The translations under genes were made by a program, and so were the position numbers. A stretch of DNA of 64,000 nucleotides from Neoconidiobolus thromboides FSU 785 (Eukaryota > Fungi > Entomophthoromycota): NCBI GenBank assembly GCA_025603075.1, contig MU626281.1:62001-126000 (forward strand), in the 5' to 3' direction. Shown here piece after piece: positions 1-14,559 of this stretch (position 1 is the stretch's first letter; each line of letters starts with the position of its first letter). The notes below the pieces were generated by a model that was not told the origin of the DNA, did no database searches, and was given only the letters and a program-made list of their open reading frames with translations.

Positions 1-29
1 ATTTTATATTAACATTTGAGAAAACATAT

Positions 30-116
30 GGGGATGTATTTTTGTATTTAAGGATTTTACTAACAATTTTTCCGCTTAAAAATGGAAAAAATAATGAAGT
101 CAAAAAAAACACTCCC
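30..116 (+). mobile_element. GGGG-MITE copy (family A)
   Basis: GGGGATGTATTTTTG...AAAACACTCCC, flanked by ATAT (26-29) and ATAT (117-120); same internal core as the other copies. Confidence 0.85.
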
Positions 117-138
117 ATATCTTTTTTAAGAATTTTAG

Positions 139-602
139 TGTGAAATCTGGTACTCAGGGTTTGGAGTCAAGAACAGCTATTGCTGGGTTGACTACACTAT
201 AAGTCGAAAGGTCTTAGTTTATGTGACTAAGATAGACTTGGATTATAAAGAATAGCACGTAATAGGTTACAAGCTATATAAGACAAATAGAATAGACAAT
301 ACTAATGTAAAATCTACGTAAAATACTATTAAGAAAACTTAGTGGCTTTATTAAATGTTCGAGATATCAGGGAATAATTCAGTTAAAAAGCCTCGAACTA
401 TTATACTCTGTAAACCCTTTTATACTCTCAAAAGTAGAAATATCAAAATGAGAAGATAATATTCTTTTGGATGGAGCTAGAAATTCTCATAACAAATCAA
501 AATAAGAACATGGGATTGATTTCCTCTGAGCTCGAGAACACAACAGCTTAGGCGATTGTTATGTTATAATTAATCATGGGACTGACAAAGGGATATTTCA
601 CA
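139..602 (+). mobile_element. 464-bp solo-LTR-like element
   Basis: TGTGAAAT...ATTTCACA termini; 4-bp duplication TTAG (135-138 / 603-606); roughly 90% similar by eye to copies at 13637 and 19729. Confidence 0.8.
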
Positions 603-1022
603 TTAGTTAAAAAATTAGTTAATAAAAATTAAACAATAATTTTAAATTTAAATAAAATATAGAAATAAAAATAAGTCCTGATCTAATAAATTTAAATCAT
701 TGTAATAAATAAGCTATATCAAAATTAGGTTTTGGTATCTTATATTTAAAAAAGAACGAAATAATAGGCAAAGTTTATTTTAATTATTTATATAAAATAC
801 TAAATCATGATTTAACATATACAAGAAACTGTTTGATTAATTTAATATAAAAAAGAAGTATTTAAAAAGCTTATGAAAGTTAATATATAAGCAGATATAA
901 AGAACTTTTTAAAATTTTAAATTTTTTAGATTATATATTTGAAAAAATTATAAGCTATATAATAGTTTAAATTATAATTAATAAACATCAAAACTTTTGA
1001 TAACAAAAAAGAGTTTTAAAGC

Positions 1023-1448
1023 TGTAAAATCCGGCACTCAGTAGTTGGAATCAAAAAAATTTTTGGTCTACATAGATAGGGTAGACTTGAATTATGAAGA
1101 ATAGCATATAGAAGGCTATAAACTATGTAAAACAAATATAACAGATAATATTACTGTAAAATCTAGGTAAAATACTATCAAAAAGATTTACTGACTTTAT
1201 TAAAACATAATATTAAGGAATAATTCAGTTGAAAAGCCTCAAATTATTATGTTCTAAAACCTGTTTTATACTCCAAGGATAGATATTAAAACAGGAAGAT
1301 AATGTCCTTCAGAATCACATGGCAGAAATTCTCATAGTAAATTGAAATAAAAGACTCAAGATTAATTCTGTCTAAACTTGAGAACATAATGACTTAAGTG
1401 GTTGTTATGTTATAGTCAATCATAAAACTGACAAAGCGATATTTCACA
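1023..1448 (+). mobile_element. Diverged solo-LTR-like copy
   Basis: TGTAAAAT...GCGATATTTCACA; 4-bp duplication AAGC (1019-1022 / 1449-1452); colinear with the 139-602 copy. Confidence 0.75.
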
Positions 1449-2030
1449 AAGCATCAAACAATAAAATCAATTGTTAAATATTAACATTGTTTAAGTTATT
1501 GATAGCTAAGTTGACAAACAATCAAAAAAACAAGTAGTTATAATAATAAATAAAAACTATTATTATATTATTTATATTATATAGAAATAGTTAATTATAG
1601 TTTTAAAGTCAACTACTCTTTATTATATGAGTATTTGTTAATTTGATGATATGTTAGTAATGTAATTTTAATAATAAAATAATTAGTTTATAATTTAAGT
1701 AAATTAAAAAACTTTTTAAATAAAATTTTTGCTAATTCATAGTATACATTAAATAAAGTAATTTAAAAACTGGCTAAAAAATGAAATCAATTTAGACATC
1801 CCCATATCATTGATAAGAACAGTAAAAGTTCTTTATTTTTTTTCGAATCTTTAAAATAGAAAAACGGAGTAATTTGAGCCCTATAACAAGGACTCAAATT
1901 CATCCGATTTTTTTAAATTTACCTTTTTTTCTTTCTTTAATTTAATTATTTAAATATCATATAATCACTTCAACAGTAAATATAGATAGATCATTATATA
2001 TATCATCACTATTAATATTATCATCACTGA

Positions 2031-2775
2031 ATGACATCAATAATTGATTTTCAAACCATAATACTTGGTGATAGTATTTATTTAATAGGAGGCAAACAAC
2101 AACTTAGTGATAACAAGTATGAATATAATGATAATATATATGAATTAAAATTAACGGAAGGGGATGTATCTAAAATGAAATTCAAGCCCATAATAACGAA
2201 TTCAAAATTAAATGTGGGCATAAAGAAAGTCATTACTATGACTAATGATAAATTGATATTATTAACCGATAAATTTAATCTTATTGAAATTGGAATTAAG
2301 AATAAAGAAATAAAAGAGATTCAAACGGAAGGAGATAAACCGTATTTAACAAATCATTTAACATGTTATTATAAAAATAAGCAAGAATTTTTCATCTTTG
2401 GCGGTTCAGATGAATATTTTTATCCCAGTTATAAGTTATATAAAGTAGATGTTAGAAGTAGGAAGATAAATAAAGTAAAATCAAGTATATTAAATAAATC
2501 ACCTAATTTTTATCCATCAAATGTGATATGCGATGATAATGATAATAAGATGTTTGTGTTTGGGAATCACAATCCGAAAGTATATAAATTAGACATGGTA
2601 AAAGAGCATTGGAAATCACAGAAGATAAATGGATTTGAAAAAATTCATGTTAATTCAATTGGAATACAATATAATTCAACTAATTGGTATTTAATTAAAG
2701 ATAAGTTTAATATTTATATTTATAATCAACAACAAAATATAATAATTGATAAATCAAATTATGTATTTAAAAGAG

Positions 2776-2809
<34 letters not shown>

Positions 2810-3656
2810 TAATAATAATGATAATGATAATAATGATAATTATATATTAAATAATAATTATGATTATTTTCAACCCGTAATAAAAGATAATAATTTATTT
2901 TTTATTAATAATTTAAACAATATTAATTTATTTACTATTAATAATGAATCCATGAATTTAAATAGACAAAATTACTTTATACCTTTAAACAATCAATTTT
3001 TAAAACAAAATAGTACAACTGAACAAACTATATCTCCAGCCCTAGCTCCCATTCCATTAACAGATGAGCAAAAAGATACTATTGTCACTTCCGGTGCTTT
3101 ACTAGGTAACCTCATTGCCATTGGACTTAGTTTCCTTATTCTCTTTCTCTACCTATTCTACAAATTATATAAATTCCATCGAATCAAAACATATCAAAAT
3201 ATAATTAAACAACAAAATGATCGGAATAATATGTCCTCATTATTTGATTTAAATAACAAAGAAAGAATCGATTCTTTTTCTTCTTGTGATGAAGTTAATT
3301 TTAATACTATTGAATCCAATATTGCTAGTTTAATATTAGATCCACCACCTGAAATAAGAGAGAGGAAAGGTGAGAATGGGAGATTACTACAAGATCATGA
3401 TGCTTCACTTCCATTGCGAGTAGATATATTAAATAGGAATGATAGTAATCCAGAGGATGTAATTAGTCCATTACTAGATAGAAAAATGTCTATTCCATTA
3501 GAAATTGATGTATCTTTTAGTACAAGTAATAAGAATAGGAAATCATATGATCTTAATCAATTTTCAGCATCAAGAGGGAATTCTCTATTAAACAACCAAT
3601 CTATTAATGAAAATTCATTATTAAGAGTAGCAGATGAGAATTATACTTCACTTTAA
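2031..3656 (+). CDS. Kelch-repeat protein with one transmembrane helix (541 aa)
   Basis: Kelch-type motifs SIYLIGG, FFIFGGSD and MFVFGN; poly-Asn (AAT)n tract; hydrophobic segment GALLGNLIAIGLSFLILFLYLFY followed by basic residues. Confidence 0.7.
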
Positions 3657-3844
3657 TGTTATTATAAGTTTATTAGTTTATTAGTAGTGAGAAGAGGAGG
3701 AGGGGATTTGAAATATAGTTTTTTTTTGATTGGCGTTTTTTTAAAGAATAAAATCTAAAAAAATGAAATCATTTATTTTTAATAAAATTAGTAAATTTAT
3801 TTGTATAGATTTTTAATTCTTTTTTAATTAATATTTGAGTTCTA

Positions 3845-5293
3845 ATGACAAAATTAAAGGTGGACAATAATAGTAATAAACAATGTAATATTCAATTAAA
3901 AATATTAATCAATTTCAACCTTATTTTAGTAGATAATTCAAGTAAAACAAAAAATGTTCCAACTTATTCATTAAAATCTCAAAAAAAAATCAATAAAGCT
4001 AAAAAATTAGCTCGTTCATGTAATTATTTATTATCCTCTATGTCTTTCCCTTTCAACTAACTCTTTCTTCTTTCAACTAGCTCTTCCAATTGATAAATGG
4101 AATCAACATTCCTATTATCAACAAAACTGGTATATGGATCCCAAATTAGATAAATTAAAAAGAATCGATTATATATCAACTTCTCGTGAAGAATTTATTG
4201 AAAAGTATGAAAAACTAAACATACCTGTAATTATTAAAGGATTAACGGATCTTTGGCCAGCAAAAAATAAATGGAATGAAGAGGTAAAACAAGATTATTT
4301 AATATTATTTTAATATGAAATAGTTGAATAATTATGTGTTGTTAATTTTAATTTTTATCTTGTAGTATTTTACTCAAGTTTATGCTAATGAAAAATTTCG
4401 TGTTGGTCATGATGATAAAAATAATGGTGTTTATATTAAAATGAAACATTATTTTAGTTACTTAAAAACAGAAGGAATAACAGATGATTCTCCATTATAT
4501 GTATTTGATTCTTCAGTAACTAGGAAAAAGGATTTAAAAAAAAAGAAGAATAACAATAATAATAAACGAAAAATAAATGGAGAGGATAAAGATATAGTTA
4601 AAAAAGAAAATTTATTAAATGATTTTTTTATACCAAAATTTTTTGATATTGATCTGTTTCATTTAACTGGTAATCGTAGACCACCATATCGTTGGATTGT
4701 TATTGGAGCTGCTAGATCGGGTACTGAGTAAGTTTTATATTATATTATATTAATATTATATCATCATTCATTTTTATTTGTTTATTTATTATTCAGTATA
4801 CATATAGATCCATTAGGTAATAATTAAGATTAATGTATAAATTATATTGATATTTAAATTTATTTTTTAGGTACAAGTGCATGGAATGCTTTAATTAAGG
4901 GATATAAAAGGTAAATTTATATTATAATAATATCAATAAATTTAATTGACCATCTTCTGTTTTATTTAGATGGGTTCTCTTCCCACCAAACACAGATAAA
5001 AATTTAATTGATCCAAGTAATGGTAGAAAAGATCGAGAAGCTATTAATTGGTTTTCAGATGTATTTCCTAAATTTTTATTACCTGCTAGAATATCTTCTA
5101 ATTTAAAACAAGAGGAATTTATGGATCCAGTATTAGATCCTACATTAGGCAAAATATTAAAAATGCAACAAGTATTACAAAGGCCTGGAGAAACTATATT
5201 TGTACCTGGTGGTTGGAGTCATATTGTTATTAATGTTGGTAAGTTTCTAAATTTAGAATAGAATAACTAATTATTATTATGATTATTATTATG

Positions 5294-5360
<67 letters not shown>

Positions 5361-5724
5361 TTGTTTCTTTTATTATATAGATTTTACTATAGCTATTACT
5401 CAAAATTTTTGTTCCCCAACAAACCTTGAATATGTTTATTTAAAAACCCGTTATGCTCGACCTAAATTAGCTTTAAAATTAATTCACTCCCTAGATACTT
5501 TAGCAAAACTCTCACAAAGTAAAAGAATGAAATTACCCCCTCCATACGGTGATTATGATGGCAATTTTTATTATAAATTAGCTAGTTCAATTAGAAAATT
5601 ACAAACGATACCTAGATTATACTCAAGTGATAGTGGGAATAGTTCATCAAGTTCTGAAGAAGAGAGTGAGGGAGAGAATGAAGATGAAATGAGAATTGTT
5701 AAAGCTATAAAAAAGGCAGAGTAA
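3845..5724 (+). CDS. JMJD6: JmjC-domain arginine demethylase/lysyl hydroxylase, multi-exon
   Basis: Spliced by eye: [95 protein letters not shown]; includes a ~22-nt micro-exon near 4796-4817. Confidence 0.85.
5271..5356. repeat. (TTA)n microsatellite in a JMJD6 intron
   Basis: Near-perfect TTA array seen directly. Confidence 0.95.
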
Positions 5725-6416
5725 AGTGGGAATTGAAATTGATTTTTGTTATATTTTTGATATACGAAAATATTATTTATGTAAATAAGTTGATATCGAA
5801 TTAGTGGTTAGGATAACGATATTGACTTGTCAATTGTTTTTTTATTATATAGAAATATAGAATTATAGAATTAGATGATTATTTAAATGATTTTTTTAAC
5901 TATTATTTTGTTATTTGTAAAACGAAGTTTTAATTTTATTAATGTTATTTATTTCAGTGAATGTTGTTATTATTTCAAATATTCAATAAGGAAATAAAAA
6001 TTCTATGATTTTGGTAAATCTTTTTAATATAATTTTCTATTCAATATTATTAAAGTATATTTTATATTGTCATTAAATAGAAATTAAAGTTTTAGCCATC
6101 TATTTGATCAAATGAATATGTTATTATTTTGGTGGCTATATTGATAGTCATTGAGTTAATCTGGATTTTTGTCTAACTCGCTTTTGGTGGCTGAAAAAAG
6201 TAAGTTTTTGGTTAGCTTAATTTTTACTTTATGATTGGTTAGATAAAATACTGACCAATAAAATTAGTATTGTATAAGATTGAAAATTCAAATGGTTATA
6301 AATTAGGTCAGCTGAAAAAGATTTAGTAAAATATAAAACGAAAAAAAAAATTCAGATTAAGACAATTTATTTTAAATAAGATAAAGCAAATCAACTAAAA
6401 GTAAAATAAAGTAAAG

Positions 6417-9400
6417 ATGAGTTATGTAGAAACATTCATGGTAAGTTAATATCAGATACATCTTAATTATTATTGATCTTAATGAAATATACTAATACTA
6501 ATTTGGATTTATTAGAAAGAAAAACCCAAAATTGGGTTAGAAATCATGGGAGCAAGAGTCAAAAAAAGTAAACAATTAGATGAAGAGTTATCTGATTTTT
6601 TTAGAGAAAGGTAAAACAATAAACTAATAATAACGAACAATTGAATTAAACTAAGTTAACTATTATTATCTATAAAGGGCCCAAATTGAAGAATTATATT
6701 CCAAACAATTATTAAAATTAGCAAAGAAAAGTTATATCACAGAAAAAGGAATGTTTAAGTAAGTCATCTTCCTTTGTTTTATATAAATTCAAACATTTAT
6801 TTAAAACATTAGTTATTAATTATTAATTATAATAGTCACTTGGATTCTATCCTTAGTAAATTACAAAAAGAAGTTGAAGAAATATCGATTAATCATCAAA
6901 CTTTATCCCAAAATATCACTAAAAAAGTGGATAAAATTGTAAGAGAATCTACAAATATTCATTTGGATTCATCAAGTATTCGATTGGTAAATAAAGAAAC
7001 AGAATATTTTATTGAATTTTTATTAAATTTGAATATTTTAGATTGAAGGTAATTCACAGAGACTTACAAAAGAATATGAAGAAAAAAGTGCTAAGATTGC
7101 AAAAGTAAGTTTTTAAAAGAGAAGTTGATATTGCATTTTATTAATTATTTAGTTGCAAAAATCAATTAAGAGTAAATCAAGAAAAAACGAAACTACGAGT
7201 AAAATTATAATTTATGAAAATTCAATAGTGTTTTAATCGATTTTTTAGATGAAAAAATTGTTGAATTATCTAGAGCTTTAGAAGAGATTCGGGTGACTTT
7301 AGATTCAGAAATTAAAAGGTTTTATGAGGTAATTATAATAATACATAATTTATTATTAGAAGGATATAAGCTTAATATTAATATTAATATTAATTCTTTT
7401 TTAGCAACATGAAAGAGTAGATCAATCTCGTTTAGAAACTTTAAAAAAAGCATTAAGCAATTATGAAAATTTTCAAATTGAAAGTTTACAAAATAATTTA
7501 AATGTAAGTTAATAATATTAAGAGCAGTTATTATTTTTATATTATATTATATTATATTATATTATATTATATTATATTATATTATATTATATTATATTAT
7601 TATGAAAAGATATTCACTTTATTTTAGATGGCTCAAAATTCCTTGCAAAGTATTACTTCATTAGATACTAAGGAACAATTATTAGATTTCGCTACTGGCT
7701 ATAGAGATTTGAATTTAGTCAATAACAGTAATTTATATTATAATGATAATTATTTAGCACTAATTAATAATTATTTCATTTTTAAGACTCTAACAATTCC
7801 CTTAAATTAACTAGTAAAATTGATTGTAAGTTCATGTTAATAATAGTTTAATTTAATTTAGTCTAATTTAATAATTAATTAGCTGGTTTTGGTTCTTGGA
7901 TATTAAGACCTAGAAAAAATTCGAATTTAAATATAGCGTAAGTATTTTATAATTATTATTATAATTTATATATTTATATATTTATATATTATATATTTAT
8001 ATCTAATATTTTAAAGTAATACAATCAATAATACCTTCGAACCCCCGTCAAAAGATAGTCCATCTGAAACAATAAGTTTAAGTGGATCTGAAGTTTATTC
8101 TCAAGTAAAATTAATATTTATAAGATAAATTATAGTTAGTTGATTAATTTTAATAGAAATCAAATCAAGTAGATGAAGAAGGATATACCATTCCCCCACA
8201 TGAAAAAGTTAAAAAAGATTCTATATCAATTGAAAAAGAAAGCTTAAATATTAATTCAGATTCTGAAAATGAAGAAAATAATACATTACAAAAAGTAAAA
8301 TTTGATATTCGAGATGAAGTAATTCAAGAAGATCCAAATGATGTAGCTAAAGCTATGTCTAATATGTCTAATTCATTAAAAATGTCACCAGTAGTAACAA
8401 AACGTCAAGGTAGAACTCGAAGAGAAAGAAAAAATTTAGAAGGATCTAAATTATTTGAACAAGAAAACATAAGACCAATGTCTGAAATTAACATGTCAGA
8501 TAATCATTCCTTTGGATTTAATAGAAGTCCACAACCTTTAAGACCTATTTCAGAATTTACTTCATTTAATAATAATCAACCTGAAAAAGAATTAATTAAA
8601 CTTTATTCTAATGAAATTATAGATGGTATAATTACTTGTAATGAAGAAAACCAATTGCAAATTAGTGGAGAAATTCAAATATTAATAAATCATCAAATTC
8701 AATTAGAAGATTTGATTAATTATAAATTACAATTGAATTTCAATGAAGAACAAAAAATTCAATTATATCACAATAATAAAGTAATTCAAAAACTCAATAA
8801 TGAAAATTACGAATTTATAAAAGATTCATTAGATCTTATTAAAGAAAAACAAATTACTTTATTTAAATATAAATTACAATCAACTGCAAATTCATCTCAT
8901 CTCAATTTACCATTCTTTATAAAATCTATATTTCATAAACAAACATTAGATAATTCACAATATCAACATAAATTAGCTTTTATAGCTACTTGTAAGCCCA
9001 TAATACAACAAGTGAATTTTGTTAAATTATCTACTCAATTATTATCTTCATATGATATTAAATCTATTCCAAATCCCGAATGGAATTCTTCTACTAGAGA
9101 ATTAACATGGGAAACTAATAATCCACAATTACACATAGCTACTTTATTCGAATCGTCCAATCCACAACCACCTTTATTTGCTTTCAATTTTAACGTAAAT
9201 TGTACTACATCATTAGCTCCAATTCAATTAACATTTAATAATAATAATAATAATAATAATAGTATAATAGCTAATGTTAAAGCAGGTACTTTATTAATTT
9301 GTAGTAAACAAATGAAAGATATAGATAATTTATTTTATGATGACCATTCCGTTTATTCAACTGCTAAAGAGGCTGTATTCTCTAAACAAGAATCAATTGG

Positions 9401-9971
9401 TAAGGAAAAAGAGGATAAAGAGCTGGAGACTATTGGGGAAGATAAAGAGGAGATGGAAATCGAGATGGAAAAGGAAGGAATTATTGGAAATATCAAAGGA
9501 GTAGAAAAAGAGATTGAAGATGTAAAAGAAAAACAAGGAATTATTGATGATCGAAAAGAAAAAATAGAGATTATGAATGGGACTAATGAAGTAGAAGAAG
9601 TTAATGAGGATGTAGAAGAACAACAAATTATTAATGAAGTTAAAAAAGAAGCAGAAGTAGAAGCAGAAGTAGAAGTAGAAGCAGAAGTAGAAGAGGTTAA
9701 TGAGGATGTAAAAGAACAAGAAGCTATTAATGAAATCAAAGAAGAAGAACAAGTTAGCAATGAAATTAAAGAAGAACAAGTTAGTAATGAATTCAAAGAA
9801 GATGCAAGTGAAGAAAAATTAAATGATATTAAATTAGATGATATTAGTGAAAATACAATTAAAATAAGCGAAAAGAAAGAAGAGATTTTGAATAGTCCAA
9901 TATCATTAAAAGAAATGTTATCTGATCAGGAATCAGTGATGACCATCAAAGCTAGTGAAATGAATAAATAA
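6417..9971 (+). CDS. F-BAR / muniscin-type (FCHo/Syp1-like) endocytic protein, multi-exon
   Basis: N-terminal exons give MSYVETFM-KEKPKIGLEIMGARVKKSKQLDEELSDFFRERAQIEELYSKQLLKLAKK (F-BAR start). The last exon (ORF 8355-9971) has a beta-rich mu-homology-like region and an acidic tail. Confidence 0.7.
7538..7603. repeat. (ATTAT)n intronic microsatellite
   Basis: Perfect pentanucleotide array seen directly. Confidence 0.95.
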
Positions 9972-10702
9972 ATCCAGTAAATTAAGGCTATTTTTTAAGT
10001 TTTTGATTTTTTTTTGATTGGGTTAGCTTTTTTCAATGATTTTAATTGTTTTTTTGTGGCTTTTTTTATGAGGTGGTTATCTTGATGATGTGGTTTACTT
10101 GACGCTTTTAAGCCTTTTTTTATGATATCAAACTATTTCAAATGATTTCTAATATTATTAATTTAGAAACATATTATTTTTTTATATTTAGAAAATAAAT
10201 TGTAACATTTTAAAAAAAATTATTTTGATTATTTTGATTATTTTAATTTCTCTCAAAACAAAGAATTAATATGAAACTTAATTTTAAAAATATTTTAAAA
10301 ATAAAAATAAAATGTTCATTTTTATTTCTCCGTTCTTAGTCAATTTACTATAAATTAAATTTTAATATATGAAAATTATGAAACCATATTAAAATTCATA
10401 TTACAAAATCCAAATTTTAAAAATAATAGATTTCATGTTTTTTGTTGGTCAATCTAGTTATTAAATTTTTATATTAACTAAACTGGAAAAGTACTATTAT
10501 TTCAGTTAAAGATAAATAAAATACTAAAAGTTCAACTGAATCAAACAAATATTCCCCCCCACTTAATTTGAAAAATTAACAAATGAAAATCAAAAAAGCT
10601 TAAAAAAGATAAAAAAATTTAAATGGGCTTTAATCTCAATTTATAAAAAGCAAAAACAAAAAGTTAGATAATAAAAGTACAACACATATTCCACTATCTT
10701 AA

Positions 10703-11324
10703 TTAATCAATACGTGTAAATGAATTTCCCGCTGTTGGTTTAGAATGAAGTTTAGGATTACGTTGTGCAAGTACATCTTTATCTTGTTTAGCAATATCAA
10801 CTTCGCAACTATGATTTTCTGGTTGTCTATGGTTATCACAGAATATAAGTTCTATTAATATTGTTTAATATTCTCATCTTCATATAAAATACTATATTAA
10901 AAACTTACTGCATTTACATTTATTTGTAGTTCTCTTTATCAATGATACTTTAGCTTTACATTGATAACAACGACCAGGGTTAGGTTGTTTAACTTCAGGT
11001 GTAAGCTGTTTTTCTTCAGTAAATATAGGTTCATTAGTTGGCTTAAGTTCATGATGTTCTATAGCTGGTTTAGCAACTGTTGAAGCCAAATTACTTTGTC
11101 TAACATTGGCAGTTGTAGTTGTAGCTAATTCTTTGATCATATTTTTGCTCTCTTCGGCTTTTTTTTGTTCTTTGTAACATTTGGAGCACATACTATTGAA
11201 TAGTGGATTACTAAAAATATAAAGCGTTAATTATTATAATATAAATAAATGATTATTGAATTTACCTATAAAAACCACAGCCATTGGAGCAGAATTCGAT
11301 TTTATTAGCAGTATCTTTTTCCAT
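10703..11324 (-). CDS. A20/AN1 zinc-finger protein (ZFAND5/6-like), 3 exons
   Basis: MEKDTANKIEFCSNGCGFY..NPLFNSMCSKCY (A20) and RCYQCKAKV...CKC..FCDNHRQPENHSC (AN1); stop TAA at 10703-10705. Confidence 0.85.
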
Positions 11325-11799
11325 TATGATAGTTAATTAAAGTAGATTGATAAAAGTAAAGAGAGAGAACTGATATAGTTTTAATAAAAATAAATGAAAC
11401 TGTGGTTTATAAAAAACTATTAAAATAGATTTTCAATTAATAAAATTAAAAAAAATAAAAAGAAATTGTAAGTTGTGATTTTTGGTTTCTTAGTTTTATA
11501 CCCTTTTCTTTCAGCTTGATTTTGATAAGTTCTAAGCCAATGATTGGGGGTGGGGATTTTAAAATGCCTTAATTTGGTTTGCTTAAGCTCATTGAAAAAC
11601 CTCTAATTCAGCTATTCTTTTGTTGCTTAAAAATTACACTCTGTGCTTAGCCAAGTGACTCATTGACTCTTTAAGTTTATGATTGGTTCAATAAGGTTTA
11701 GATCGCTTGTTGATTTGCTATAAACAAAATCTAAAAATAACTGAATTATTAATACAGATCGTTACCTCATAATTTTCTAAAAAATAAAAGAATGAACTT

Positions 11800-12250
11800 G
11801 AGTTATCCAGATTAAAGTTGATATTAACTAAATTTGGTATTGTCAGAAAGTTATGAGCTAATTTGTTTTAAACATAAAACTGAGATTGATTTGGGGGATT
11901 GAATCATATTTAATCTCCTTGAACCAATTAAAGCTAATGAATCATCTTAATTGACCATGTGATAGGGAGGAACTGATAACTTTAATAAATTAAATAATTT
12001 ATTAGAATTTTAATAGGAGTATCTATCCCTTAATAATGGTAAAATTTATTACTATTTATTAGCAATTAGCCTTATAGTCACTATTAAAAAGGTGTAGTAA
12101 TTTGCCTTAACCTGGTTTAACTTTTGGTCTTAATTAAAGAAGTTAATCAATATTAATTATTAAAATTAGGTCATTACAATAGAAAACAACTAATAAACAC
12201 ATTCTTGATATTTGACTTAGTCCCTTTTATTACCTCATATTAGCTAATTC
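11800..12250 (-). pseudogene. Possible highly degenerate LTR-retrotransposon integrase core
   Basis: Minus-strand frame reads ..LILINFFN*..LLRDRYSY*NSNKLFNLLKLSVPPYH.., weakly resembling ILVAIDYFTK..SDRGxQF..LFxLLG..TAYH; many stops. Confidence 0.3.
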
Positions 12251-13636
12251 TATTTAGCTAGGCTAGTATAAACTTATTTTTAATATTAAATATTTTTACA
12301 CTTTAATCTAGATAGGAAAGTGTGAGATAAGCTAAAAGCATCAATTAATATTTGCTTAATAATATAAGCTTATAAAACTAGTTTGACATTTATAAATGTA
12401 TCTGTGGTTTATTTAGCAGTAAAGAACATATATTATTATATTATTAAGCAAAAGGCAAAAATATTGATTATCTTTATTAAACATGTCAGGTTTAGCAGTA
12501 ATCTACAACTATCATTCCATAATTATTAAGCAATAAAGCCAGAATCATCCCTTAGTTTCAGGAAGTAAATTTAATATTCGGCGATCTAGCTTTTAGCATA
12601 AAGATTATGCACTTAAAATCAATAAGGTTGTATGGGTACTACGGATTTCAATTACCAAAAGAATAGAGAGAACAGATGGTGTTTCTAATAAAATTTTAAT
12701 TTATACTAAATCCGCCTATCACCACATTCAATCAATTCTACTATTTTAGGTCAATATTTATATATTTTTTAAACTTTGTCCATAATACCACTTACTTTGT
12801 CATTTTAACTTTGGCAAAGTTTATTTTTTGATTTATAAGAAAGTTTCAAGTTTTTAAAAAAAATAGATATTCTATTGCTCAAGAATAAAACCTATATAAA
12901 ACGCCGCAGTATGATGTCAAAGTATTTTAAGGAGAAGTCACTCATTTAATTTAAAAAATTTATATCCCTAATCTTAAGTTGTTTTAAATTGACATTTTTT
13001 ATTTTTGTTTAATCTTAATGTTTTATAAAGTATTTATAAGTAAAGAATTAAGATATAGTTTTTATTTTGTTATGTTTTTTAGATCATTTTATTTTAGTAG
13101 TTTGACTTATAAGAACAATAGAAAGTAAATTTGGTTTTAAATCATTTTATGATGAAACAGCTTTTTTTATAAAAAATCTCTTTTTTTCATAAATAAATAT
13201 ATTTATTTTTAATATTGTATAATTATTCTTTAGTAAATAGAATTCAGTAATTGAAAACAATATCATAAATGAGGAAATAGTTTGAGTTCTATTTTTGAAG
13301 CATTTATTGTATTAAACAAAGTAATACTATTATAAAAAGTTGGTGCATTTATAGAATTTTATAAAATATTAACTGCTTTTTAAAGCTGTACAAAAAACAA
13401 ATCATAGCTCTAAGATAACAATCTATATTTTGAGTGATTATATAACTCCTTTTCTCTTTGTGTATTATGTATATTATGATATTGAATTATTATTTAATCA
13501 AAAGGCTTAAGTATATATGATAAAACTAAAATTATATTCCGATATAATACTAATTTTAAAAAATAATAGTTTATTAATACAAAATACTAACTAGTTATTT
13601 TTATATTAATAAACATAGCATTCGTAAATACATCAA

Positions 13637-14100
13637 TGTGAAATCTGGTGCCCAGTGATTGAAGTCAAAAACAGCTACTGGCTGGTTGGCTACACTATAA
13701 GTCGAAAGGTCTTAGTTTATGTGACTGTGATAGACTTGGATTATTAGGAATAGCTCGTAATAGGCTATAGACTATGTAAGACAAATAGCATAGACAATAC
13801 TAATGTAAAATCTACGTAAAATACTATTAAGAAAACCTAGTGGCTTTATTAAATGTTTGAGATATCAGGGAATAATTCAGTTAAAAAGCCTCGAGCTACC
13901 ATACTCTGTAAACTCTTTTATACTCTGAAAAGTACAAATATCAAAATGAGAAGATAATGTTCTTTGGGATGGAGCTAGAAATTCTCATAACAAATCAAAA
14001 TAAGAACGTGGAATTGATTTTCTCTGAACTCGAGAACACAACAGCTTAGACGATTGTTATGCTATAATTAACCATGGGACTAACAAAGCGATATTTCACA
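13637..14100 (+). mobile_element. 464-bp solo-LTR-like element
   Basis: TGTGAAAT...ATTTCACA; about a dozen differences from the 19729 copy, mostly transitions; flanks ATCAA/ATCAG; no PBS seen. Confidence 0.85.
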
Positions 14101-14232
14101 ATCAGCATTGAAAGTTATCAATTATAATAAAATAAACAAACATATGGGAATGTATTTTTGTTTGATTAAAAATTATAGAAATAATAAACATTAAAAGAAT
14201 TTAAAAAACTTATATTACCAAAAAAGTATATA

Positions 14233-14326
14233 GGGGGTGTTTTTTTGATTTCATCATTTTTCCATCTTTAAGCGCTGTTTGGGTGGAAAATTGTTAATAA
14301 AATTCTTAAACACAAAAATACATCCC
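14233..14326 (-). mobile_element. GGGG-MITE copy
   Basis: Reverse orientation; TATA/TATA flanks. Confidence 0.85.
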
Positions 14327-14559
14327 TATATATTTGTTTATTTTATTATAATTTTTAATTAAATATTTACTATAAAATACCTATATTGTCAAAAAAACAA
14401 ATTCTATTAATTCATCAATAAAATAAATAATAAAATTATAATAAAATAAATAAATGTACTAAATTAAAGTATACAAGATATTGATTTATTAATTTTATAG
14501 TTAATTTAACTATTATTTATGTAATAAATTTAAGTAGCTTTAGGTGATTTTCCCATCAA

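Noticed and set aside
9353-9796. Two minus-strand ORFs (147 and 128 aa)
   Set aside because: Antisense shadows of the low-complexity GAA-rich tail of the muniscin gene.
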